Assembly: GCA_963782985.1 (NCBI GenBank)
Contig: CAWALU010000011.1
Location: 97,747-161,746, forward strand
Length of the DNA stretch: 64,000 bases
DNA from: an uncultured Bacteroidota bacterium
GTDB taxonomy: Bacteria; Bacteroidota; Ignavibacteria; Ignavibacteriales; Ignavibacteriaceae
Direction of reading: 5' to 3'
The position numbers and the translations under genes are program-made. The notes beneath the pieces were generated by a model. That model did not search any database and had not been told where the DNA came from. It saw nothing but the letters and a program-made list of their open reading frames with translations. Shown here in pieces: positions 9,972 to 17,577 of this stretch (position 1 is the stretch's first letter; every line of letters begins with the position of its first letter).

Positions 9972-11804
9972 ATGTGTGGAATAGTTGGATACATAGGCGA
10001 TAAAAATTGCGTTCCAATATTAATTAACGGTTTAAAAAGATTGGAATATAGGGGCTACGATTCTGCTGGGGTCGCGTTACTAACGAAAGACGGATCAGAA
10101 TTAGTAAAGAATAAGGGCAAAGTTTCTCTACTTCAAGATAAATTAGATAAAACAAATTTTGTTTCTACTTTGGGAATCGGACATACTCGTTGGGCAACAC
10201 ACGGCGCGCCCAATGAAATAAACGCTCATCCCCATTTTAATTCTGATAAAACATTATACGTAATTCATAACGGTATAATCGAAAACTATCAAACCTTAAA
10301 AGCCGGATTAAAAAAACTTGGCTATAAATTTTTGACTGAAACAGATTCTGAAGTTCTGCCGCATTTGATTGACAGCTTTTTAAAACGCGGTCACACGTTG
10401 TTCAAATCAGTGCGAATGGCTTTAACAGAAGTAGAAGGCACATACGGTATTGCTGTTATTTATGAAGAAGAACCTGATAAAATTATTGCCGCAAGAAAAG
10501 GCTCGCCCCTAGTTGTGGGTATTGGCGATGACGAAAATTTTATTGCCTCGGATGTTTCCGCAATTTTAGCCCACACTAAACAAGTTGTTTATTTAGAAGA
10601 CGGCGAACTGGCTGAAATATATAAAGACAGATTTATTGCCAAAACGATTTATGACGATCAGATTGAAAAAGAAATTCATGAAATAAATATGACGCTGGAT
10701 GAGATTGATAAAGGCGGCTACTCGCATTTTATGCTTAAAGAAATTATGGAGCAGCCTGAGTCGGTTCACAACTCTCTCCGCGGCAGAATTTTAGTTGATG
10801 AAGGAAACAGCAAATTAGGCGGTTTGGAAAATGTAATAGATCAGCTTGCTGATGCAAAACGAATAATTATTTCAGCTTGCGGAACTTCGTGGCATTCAGG
10901 GTTAGTGGGCGAATATATGCTGGAACAGTTTGCGCGCATTCCCACTGAAGTTGAGTATGCTTCAGAATTTAGATATAGAAATCCAATAATAAATAAAGAC
11001 GACGCAATATTTTTCATATCGCAAAGCGGAGAAACCGCAGACACTTTAGCTGCTTTGAAAGAAGCTAAAAATAAGGGCGCTTTGGTTTTGGGAATTTGTA
11101 ACGCGGTGGGAAGTTCCATTGCGCGCGAAAGTATTGCCGGAGTTTATACTCACGCCGGACCCGAAATTGGCGTTGCTTCAACTAAGGCTTTTACTTCACA
11201 ATTAATTGTGCTTGCGTTAATCACTCTTGCCATCGCCCGTAAAAAAAGTATGAGCCAAGTTGACGGACAAAATATTGCTAAAGAACTTCTGCTTCTTCCT
11301 GAAAAGATTGCCGCTATTTTAAAATTGAATGATCAAATTGAATCGATAGCTGAAAAATTTATTAACGCTAATAATTTTTTGTATCTCGGAAGAGGATATA
11401 ACTTTCCGGTAGCGTTGGAAGGAGCTTTAAAGCTCAAAGAAATTTCTTACATTCACGCAGAAGGTTATCCCGCCGCTGAAATGAAACACGGTCCCATAGC
11501 ATTAATTGATGAAAATATGCCGGCAGTTTTTATCGCCCCAAAAGATTCAACTTATGATAAAATTATAAGTAATATTGAAGAGGTAAAAGCACGCAAGGGA
11601 AAGATAATTGCAATTGCCAGCGAGAACGATAATCATATAGATAATCTTGTTGATTTCTCAATTAAAATTCCGGATACAATTAGAATGCTTATGCCAATTT
11701 TAAGCGTTATCCCGCTTCAATTACTGGCGTATCATATTGCCGTTAAAAAAGGTTTGAATGTTGATCAGCCGAGAAATTTAGCAAAGAGCGTTACAGTTGA
11801 ATAA
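9972..11804 (+). CDS. glmS: Glutamine--fructose-6-phosphate aminotransferase (isomerizing)
   Basis: 610 aa. N-terminal 'MCGIVGYIG' (Ntn amidotransferase Cys2), two SIS domains, and the C-terminal 'NLAKSVTVE' typical of GlmS. Confidence 0.97.
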   Translation: MCGIVGYIGDKNCVPILINGLKRLEYRGYDSAGVALLTKDGSELVKNKGKVSLLQDKLDKTNFVSTLGIGHTRWATHGAPNEINAHPHFNSDKTLYVIHNGIIENYQTLKAGLKKLGYKFLTETDSEVLPHLIDSFLKRGHTLFKSVRMALTEVEGTYGIAVIYEEEPDKIIAARKGSPLVVGIGDDENFIASDVSAILAHTKQVVYLEDGELAEIYKDRFIAKTIYDDQIEKEIHEINMTLDEIDKGGYSHFMLKEIMEQPESVHNSLRGRILVDEGNSKLGGLENVIDQLADAKRIIISACGTSWHSGLVGEYMLEQFARIPTEVEYASEFRYRNPIINKDDAIFFISQSGETADTLAALKEAKNKGALVLGICNAVGSSIARESIAGVYTHAGPEIGVASTKAFTSQLIVLALITLAIARKKSMSQVDGQNIAKELLLLPEKIAAILKLNDQIESIAEKFINANNFLYLGRGYNFPVALEGALKLKEISYIHAEGYPAAEMKHGPIALIDENMPAVFIAPKDSTYDKIISNIEEVKARKGKIIAIASENDNHIDNLVDFSIKIPDTIRMLMPILSVIPLQLLAYHIAVKKGLNVDQPRNLAKSVTVE

Positions 11805-11889
11805 TAAAAGTTTCTAATAAAAAACCGGTTCCAAAAGAATTCGGTTCAAATAAAAATATATATAAAATGTATAAAGGGAGTATTGATCT

Positions 11890-13209
11890 ATGCGCAAAAA
11901 AAATGTTCTAATAATGGGCGCCGCCGGGCGTGACTTTCATAATTTCAACGTGTTCTTCAGAGACAACGAAGAATATAATGTTGTTGCTTTTACGGCTACG
12001 CAAATTCCTAATATTGACGGCAGAATTTATCCGCCCGAATTGACAGGGAAACTCTATCCCCAAGGAATTAAAATTTATGACGAAAAAGAATTAGAAAAAT
12101 TAATTAAAGACTTAAAAGTTGACGAGGTAGTTTTTTCTTATTCCGATGTGCCGTTTAATTATGTTATGACAAAAGCTTCAATTGTAAATGCCGCCGGAGT
12201 TTCGTTTAGACTGCTCGGCGCAGATGAAACAATGATTAAAAGTAAAAAACCTGTCATCTCAATTATAGCAGTTAGAACAGGCTGCGGAAAATCCCAAACC
12301 TCGCGAAAAATTGTTGAAATTTTAAAAGAAGCCGGCAAAAAAGTTGTATCGATTAGGCATCCTATGCCTTACGGCGATCTTGTAAAACAAAAAGTACAAA
12401 GATACGGCTCGCTTGATGATTTAAAAAAACACGAATGCACAATTGAAGAAATGGAAGAGTACGAACCCCACATTGCAATGGGCAGCGTTATTTATGCCGG
12501 CGTGGATTACGGCGCAATTTTAGAAGAAGCTGAAAAAGAAGCCGACATAATTATTTGGGACGGCGGAAATAATGACATTCCTTTTTATAAATCCGATTTA
12601 ACTTTTACAGTAGTGGATCCGCACAGACCCGGGCATGAAATGACTTATTATCCCGGCAATACTTCATTAAGATTAGCCGATGCGGTTATCATTAATAAAA
12701 TTGTAGAAGCTGAACCTAAAAACGTTAAAACAGTTCGGGACAATATTAGAATTGCAAATCCGAAAGCGCAAGTTATTGAAGGAGCTTCGCCGATATTTGT
12801 TGAAAAGCCTGAACTAATAAGAGGGAAGAAAGTTTTGGTTGTGGAAGATGGTCCAACTTTAACTCACGGAGAAATGGAATACGGCGCGGGAATGATTGCT
12901 GCGTGGAATTACGGCGCATCGGAAATAGTTGATCCTCGTCCATTTACAGTAAAATCAATTTCGGATACTTATAAAAAATATCCTAAAATAGGAATACTTC
13001 TACCGGCAATGGGTTACGGTGATGAGCAGATGAAAGACCTTGAAGAAACGATTAACAAAATTGATTGTGATTCGGTAATAATTGGAACGCCGATAGATTT
13101 AGGTAGGATTTTAAAAATAAATAAACCATCTACGCGAGTTAAATACGAACTGCAGGAAATCGGCGATGTAACGATTAAAAAAATTCTAAAAGAAAAAGGA
13201 ATGATTTAA
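11890..13209 (+). CDS. Cyclic 2,3-diphosphoglycerate synthetase-like P-loop protein (COG2403 'predicted GTPase' family)
   Basis: 439 aa. N-terminal Rossmann-like 'VLIMGAAGRDFHNFN', a P-loop 'AVRTGCGKSQTS' and 'IIWDGGNND'. The family assignment is from memory of cDPG-synthetase homologues. Confidence 0.5.
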   Translation: MRKKNVLIMGAAGRDFHNFNVFFRDNEEYNVVAFTATQIPNIDGRIYPPELTGKLYPQGIKIYDEKELEKLIKDLKVDEVVFSYSDVPFNYVMTKASIVNAAGVSFRLLGADETMIKSKKPVISIIAVRTGCGKSQTSRKIVEILKEAGKKVVSIRHPMPYGDLVKQKVQRYGSLDDLKKHECTIEEMEEYEPHIAMGSVIYAGVDYGAILEEAEKEADIIIWDGGNNDIPFYKSDLTFTVVDPHRPGHEMTYYPGNTSLRLADAVIINKIVEAEPKNVKTVRDNIRIANPKAQVIEGASPIFVEKPELIRGKKVLVVEDGPTLTHGEMEYGAGMIAAWNYGASEIVDPRPFTVKSISDTYKKYPKIGILLPAMGYGDEQMKDLEETINKIDCDSVIIGTPIDLGRILKINKPSTRVKYELQEIGDVTIKKILKEKGMI

Positions 13210-13278
13210 CTAAAATATGATTGAAAAATTTTTGAGATATAAATAAATATCTTTATTTTTGAATTCTTAAAATTTGAA

Positions 13279-13351
13279 GGGCAGATAGCTCAGTCGGTAG
13301 AGCAAAGGACTGAAAATCCTTGTGTCGGGGGTTCAATTCCCTCTCTGCCCA
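13279..13351 (+). tRNA. tRNA-Phe (anticodon GAA)
   Basis: 73-nt cloverleaf folded by hand. Acceptor GGGCAGA/TCTGCCC, D arm GCTC/GAGC, anticodon loop CTGAAAA, T loop TTCAATT, discriminator A. Confidence 0.93.
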
Positions 13352-13359
13352 CTTCAATT

Positions 13360-13386
13360 ACCCGCATTACCGAGTGCGGGTTTTTT
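13360..13386 (+). terminator. Intrinsic terminator after tRNA-Phe
   Basis: Hairpin ACCCGCA-ttaccgag-TGCGGGT followed by a T6 run. Confidence 0.7.
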
Positions 13387-13435
13387 ATTTTAAAAACCTT
13401 GTAGGGGTTCTCCCTCAATAGCGAGATGCACTTCG

Positions 13436-13487
13436 CTCAAATTCTTTCTCTGCCCACTTCAATTACCCCGAACCAATCGGGCTTTTT
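13436..13487 (+). repeat. Second copy of the tRNA-Phe 3' end plus flank (att-like direct repeat) with its own terminator-like hairpin
   Basis: A 22-bp identical core 'tctctgcccacttcaattaccc' occurs at 13342-13363 and 13447-13468, with imperfect similarity extending 5' of the core. The second copy is followed by CCCGA-accaa-TCGGG plus T5. Confidence 0.75.
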
Positions 13488-13600
13488 GCCCTTAAAGGCT
13501 TTACTATATCCGAATAAAGGGTTCCTAATAAAATAGGTTCTTTCAATTCTAACCAGGAAGTATATACAAGTAGCTCTTTTCTTATTTTTGTTTTTGCCAT
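13463..13600 (-). pseudogene. Truncated HipA-like toxin N-terminal fragment (45 codons)
   Basis: Hand translation gives 'MAKTKIRKELLVYTSWLELKEPILLGTLYSDIVKPLRAKSPIGSG*'. The first ~35 aa resemble HipA N-terminal (coupling) domains. It lies directly downstream of an XRE/HipB-like gene. The reading frame runs into the duplicated tRNA-Phe 3' end and stops there. Confidence 0.4.
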
Positions 13601-13696
13601 AAACTTAACTTTCAGATTTTCTTTTTGGAGCTCTCTCCTTCACTATTAACTTTGCATCTTGCAGCTTGCGTCCAAGCTCATCATCTTTGGATACGT

Positions 13697-13909
13697 TTAA
13701 TAAATCTTTCTCCAACCCAATACAGATAAAACCTGGGCATAGTTACCGATGGCTACGCTGGGTCTTCCTCTTTCTATTTCATATAACGTAGTCCGGCTAA
13801 TTCCGGCTCTTTCGGCTAATTGAATTGTAGTTAGTTTTCTTCTCAATCGAGCAAGCTTAATGTTTTCGCCAAATTCGCTTAAGATTTTATCCTTTTTATA
13901 TGTTAACAT
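13697..13909 (-). CDS. XRE-family helix-turn-helix transcriptional regulator (HipB-like antitoxin candidate)
   Basis: 70 aa. 'IKLARLRRKLTTIQLAERAGISRTTLYEIERG' is a canonical Cro/C1 HTH. Confidence 0.8.
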   Translation of the reverse strand: MLTYKKDKILSEFGENIKLARLRRKLTTIQLAERAGISRTTLYEIERGRPSVAIGNYAQVLSVLGWRKIY

Positions 13910-14254
13910 TTTTTATCCCCTCGCTTTAATGTTCGACTTACTGAACAAATATGCTACTGTTAGTCCATTATAGCGAACATTATAAAATTATTTTATTTAT
14001 TAAAACAAGGATAGCCCTCACGTAGGGATGAAAATTTTTAAATATTTCCCATCTCTCCCATCAATCCATATCTTTAATTTATGATTTTAATATCAATTTA
14101 CAACTGGATAATTATTTTGATTTATCGAGTTATAGCTTTAAAATTGTAACAAACCAATGGAAGAAAGTAGAACCAAAAAAGCTTATCAAATTTTCACGCT
14201 CGTAAAAAGAGATTCTATTATAAAATTATATTTGATGCTTTAAGAAAAGGACAA

Positions 14255-15817
14255 ATGATGAAACATTTTTATATTACTTTATTTTTTCTGCAGATTTTAG
14301 GGGGCGATTTATTTTCACAGACAATAAAAACTAATGAATATTTTCCTGTTAAACCTGTTGCACAAAAAGTTATGACTATGAACAAATCCCAATTAAATGG
14401 ATTTGAGAGATTGAGATATAAGGCTTCATTGTTTAATCAAAATCCTACCAACGTTTTTAGGGATTTAATTCAAAACAAAAAAAATGAAAATGAAAAGATT
14501 ATTAAAAGCGCGACAATCTTAGAAAATGGATTTTTATTAATTGAAGAAACATATCAAACGTGGAGCGATTCCAACTGGCTGAATGTAACTAAATACGTTT
14601 ATAAATATGACGCGGAAAAAAGATTAAATGAAACTACATTTCAAATTTGGGATGGCGGAGATTGGATGAACTCAACAAAAAACATAAACTCATATTTTAA
14701 TAACAGTATTGTTTCAATGGAATTAATTCAAAATTGGAACGGAGTTGCGTGGGTAGACAAAAGCCGCTACTCATATACCTACGATGAAAATAATAATCAA
14801 TCCGAAGCGTTATGGGAAGATTGGAATGGATTTGATTGGGTAAGCAGCGGAGAGTATTTGTATGTTTATGATGATCACAATAATTTGCTGGAGGAGCGAT
14901 TTCAAGTTTGGATAATTGACAGCTGGCAAAATAGTTTGTTATCAACTTATATTTATGACGAGAGCAATAATTTAATTGAAAATATTAATCAAGGGTGGGG
15001 AGATACTAGCTGGTTAAATGTTTCTAAATATCTGAATAAGTATGACTTAATCAATAATCAAACTGAAGTTGTTGAACTATCTTGGGAAGATAGCAGCTGG
15101 GTAAATATATCACGTTATTCAAAAACTTATGATGGCAATAAAAATTTAGATTCGATATTGTATCAATTCTGGCAAGAGAATGATTGGATGAATAGTCAAA
15201 CTTATAAATACGTTTATGATATAAATAACAAATTGCAGGAGGAGCTAACTGAAATTTGGAATAGCGGCGGCTGGGAAAATAAATATAAAACAGCTTACAC
15301 TTACAATACTAAATTATTTATCCTGCAAATTCTGGATCAAAATTGGAATGGCGCTGAATGGATTGATGTATCAAATTCATTAAATAGTTATGATGAAAAT
15401 AATAACCTGACAGAATATTTTTATCAAACCTGGGATGATTCAATTTGGGTAAATAATTTTAGATATGTTTATAAATATGATCCTGTAGTGTCGGTGAATG
15501 ATAAGTCTGAAACCATTGCACGATATCAGCTGTTTGATAATTATCCGAATCCATTTAACCCTACAACAAAAATAAGATACTCTATTCCAGCCTCAGGGAC
15601 AAAGCATGATTGGTCCGTACAATTAAAAGTTTATGATTTGCTTGGCAATGAAATTGCAACTCTCGTTAATGAAGAAAAATCTGTTGGCAGTTATGAAGTA
15701 AACTTTAATGCTATGGGGCTTGCAAGCGGCGTTTATTTTTATCACATAGCAATCCATTCGGATCGTTATCAGGCAGGCGATTTTATTCAAACAAAAAAAA
15801 TGATCCTTTTACGCTAA
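14255..15817 (+). CDS. T9SS C-terminal-domain secreted protein with eleven 29-aa W-x5-W...YxYD repeats
   Basis: Signal peptide, then a strictly 29-residue periodic repeat from residue ~103 to ~409. The C-terminus 'YPNPFNPTTKIRYSIP...VYDLLGNEIATLVNEEK...SGVYFYHI...TKKMILLR' is a type A T9SS sorting domain. Confidence 0.85.
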   Translation: MMKHFYITLFFLQILGGDLFSQTIKTNEYFPVKPVAQKVMTMNKSQLNGFERLRYKASLFNQNPTNVFRDLIQNKKNENEKIIKSATILENGFLLIEETYQTWSDSNWLNVTKYVYKYDAEKRLNETTFQIWDGGDWMNSTKNINSYFNNSIVSMELIQNWNGVAWVDKSRYSYTYDENNNQSEALWEDWNGFDWVSSGEYLYVYDDHNNLLEERFQVWIIDSWQNSLLSTYIYDESNNLIENINQGWGDTSWLNVSKYLNKYDLINNQTEVVELSWEDSSWVNISRYSKTYDGNKNLDSILYQFWQENDWMNSQTYKYVYDINNKLQEELTEIWNSGGWENKYKTAYTYNTKLFILQILDQNWNGAEWIDVSNSLNSYDENNNLTEYFYQTWDDSIWVNNFRYVYKYDPVVSVNDKSETIARYQLFDNYPNPFNPTTKIRYSIPASGTKHDWSVQLKVYDLLGNEIATLVNEEKSVGSYEVNFNAMGLASGVYFYHIAIHSDRYQAGDFIQTKKMILLR

Positions 15818-15842
15818 GGTTTATCAACTAAATTACTTTTTT

Positions 15843-16012
15843 GTAGAGACGGCTCATTGAGCCGTCTTAATTTATCTGTTCCGCTTATTATAGAAATCTA
15901 TACCTAAGACGCTCCAGCGGAGCGTCTCTATCATCCATATTTCCTTTTCGAATAGTACAATGTTTATCAGGTAGAGTCGGCACGCCTGCCGCTATGGGGT
16001 TGAGCCGTCTTC
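15843..16012. repeat. Cluster of REP-like palindromic elements (GTAGAGACG...CGTCT type)
   Basis: There are two perfect 9-bp-stem hairpins: AGACGGCTC-att-GAGCCGTCT (15847-15867) and AGACGCTCC-agc-GGAGCGTCT (15907-15927). A partial third copy, 'gtagagtcgg...ttgagccgtcttcaat', lies at 15971-16012. Confidence 0.7.
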
Positions 16013-16116
16013 AATTGAACAATACAAATTAAATTCCCTTACTTATAAAAAACTATTTAAATTTGAAATTTACTACTATCATTTAATAAGTTTACAGTTC
16101 TGAATTATTGAACTAG

Positions 16117-17163
16117 TTGAATGAACTAACCGAAAGATTAAAAATGAAAATCTACTCAAAAAAAGAATTGAACGAATACCACCAATCGCTTACTTACGAT
16201 GATATAAGTTTAGTTCCGACAGAAATCTCCCGCATAAAAAGTAGAAATGAAGCCAATACAAAACAAAACTTTCTTGACTTGGATTTAGCGCTGCCCGTTG
16301 TTTCAAGTCCGATGGATACTGTTACCGGAATTGATATGGCTAAAGCTTTAACCGAATTAGGCTGTATTGGAATTTTAAACCGGTTCGATACTTCTCTGGA
16401 TAAAGCTCTGCACGATAATTCAAATGTAAATAAAATTAGAGGCGTTTCAATCGGACTTACTACCGAATTAAAAGAAATTGAAAAGCTGGTTGAAAAAAAT
16501 TATTTAATTTGTATCGATACTGCAAACGCAAACAATAATGAAGTCTTATTCAAAACAGAAGAAGTAAAAAAGGAATTCAAAGAAGCAAAATTAATAGTCG
16601 GAAATATTGCTCACGGCGCAACTCTAAATCAATTAGTTGATGCGGGCGCTGATGCAGTGCGGGTGGGAATTGGAAGCGGCAGCGTTTGCACAACTTCAAT
16701 TCAAACGGGAATTGGAATCGGGCAGGTTTCTTCTTTGTTGAATGTTTTGCATTCCCGCGCTTCAAAAAAATTAGATATAAAAATTATTGCGGACGGCGGA
16801 ATTAAAAGTCCGGGCGATGTGGCAAAAGCAATAGCGCTCGGCGCCGATGTGGTAATGCTTGGCAGAATGCTTTCGGGTACGCGCGAAACACCCGGCGAAG
16901 TTATTAAATACAGCGGGCAGCTTTGGAAAAAATATAGAGGCTCAGCTTCATTCGGAGTTAAAATGCGCAACGAATTTATTGAAGGCGAAGAAACAATGGT
17001 CGCATACAAAGGCGCGGTTAAAAATGTAATCGATAGTATTTCCGATGGATTAAGAAGCGCTATGAGTTATATGAATTGCTTTACTTTAGATGAATTGCGA
17101 AACACTGAAACGTTTGCCGTGCTTAGCAATAGTTCTTTTTTGGAAAGGCTGCCGAAGGCTTAG
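16117..17163 (+). CDS. IMP dehydrogenase/GMP reductase family protein without CBS insert (GMP reductase-like)
   Basis: 348 aa. 'YDDISLVP', the catalytic-Cys loop 'GIGSGSVCTTSIQTGIG' and 'IADGGIKSPGDVAKAIALGADVVMLG'. The size matches GuaC rather than GuaB. An in-frame ATG at 16144 may be the real start. Confidence 0.7.
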   Translation: MNELTERLKMKIYSKKELNEYHQSLTYDDISLVPTEISRIKSRNEANTKQNFLDLDLALPVVSSPMDTVTGIDMAKALTELGCIGILNRFDTSLDKALHDNSNVNKIRGVSIGLTTELKEIEKLVEKNYLICIDTANANNNEVLFKTEEVKKEFKEAKLIVGNIAHGATLNQLVDAGADAVRVGIGSGSVCTTSIQTGIGIGQVSSLLNVLHSRASKKLDIKIIADGGIKSPGDVAKAIALGADVVMLGRMLSGTRETPGEVIKYSGQLWKKYRGSASFGVKMRNEFIEGEETMVAYKGAVKNVIDSISDGLRSAMSYMNCFTLDELRNTETFAVLSNSSFLERLPKA

Positions 17164-17330
17164 ATAAATTGAATTTATAGTTTACGGTAAGGTTTAATCC
17201 AAATAATAGGCATTGCAATGAAAATTTAATTTGCTTACAATTTATAGAGTTAAAAAAAATATTTGGGGTAAGGGAAATTTTTGTTCGAATTCCTAAGAGT
17301 AATCCTGAAGTCACTTTTAGCTGGAAGTAA

Positions 17331-17495
17331 ATGCAATTTTCACCGGACGATGAGTATATCGCACTTTCAGAAAATTATTGGCAAACCGGTCAATGGGTTT
17401 GGTGGAAAGAATATTTGTATGTGGTTAATGTTAATAACGGAGAAATAACTCTTGCTGATGAAGGGTTTAATCCATCATGGAGTCCTAAACCATAA
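17331..17495 (+). pseudogene. Short PD40/beta-propeller-like ORF or gene remnant
   Basis: 54-aa ORF 'MQFSPDDEYIALSENYWQTGQWVWWKEYLYVVNVNNGEITLADEGFNPSWSPKP'. It carries 'FSPD..YIA' and 'WSP' blade motifs like those in the adjacent S9 peptidase. I see no convincing RBS. Confidence 0.3.
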
Positions 17496-17577
17496 TGCAC
17501 ATAATTAATTGTTAAATTGTTTTTACTCAATTAGTATTAAAAAATATTTTTAGATAAAATAAAAAAAGAAAAGGCGA

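Noticed and set aside
13353-17577. Intact integrative element or prophage next to tRNA-Phe (and likewise next to tRNA-Thr and tRNA-Pro)
   Set aside because: I searched the flanks of all three tRNAs for integrase, recombinase, transposase or phage-like ORFs and found none. Only the att-like duplicate and gene remnants remain at tRNA-Phe, and nothing at tRNA-Thr.
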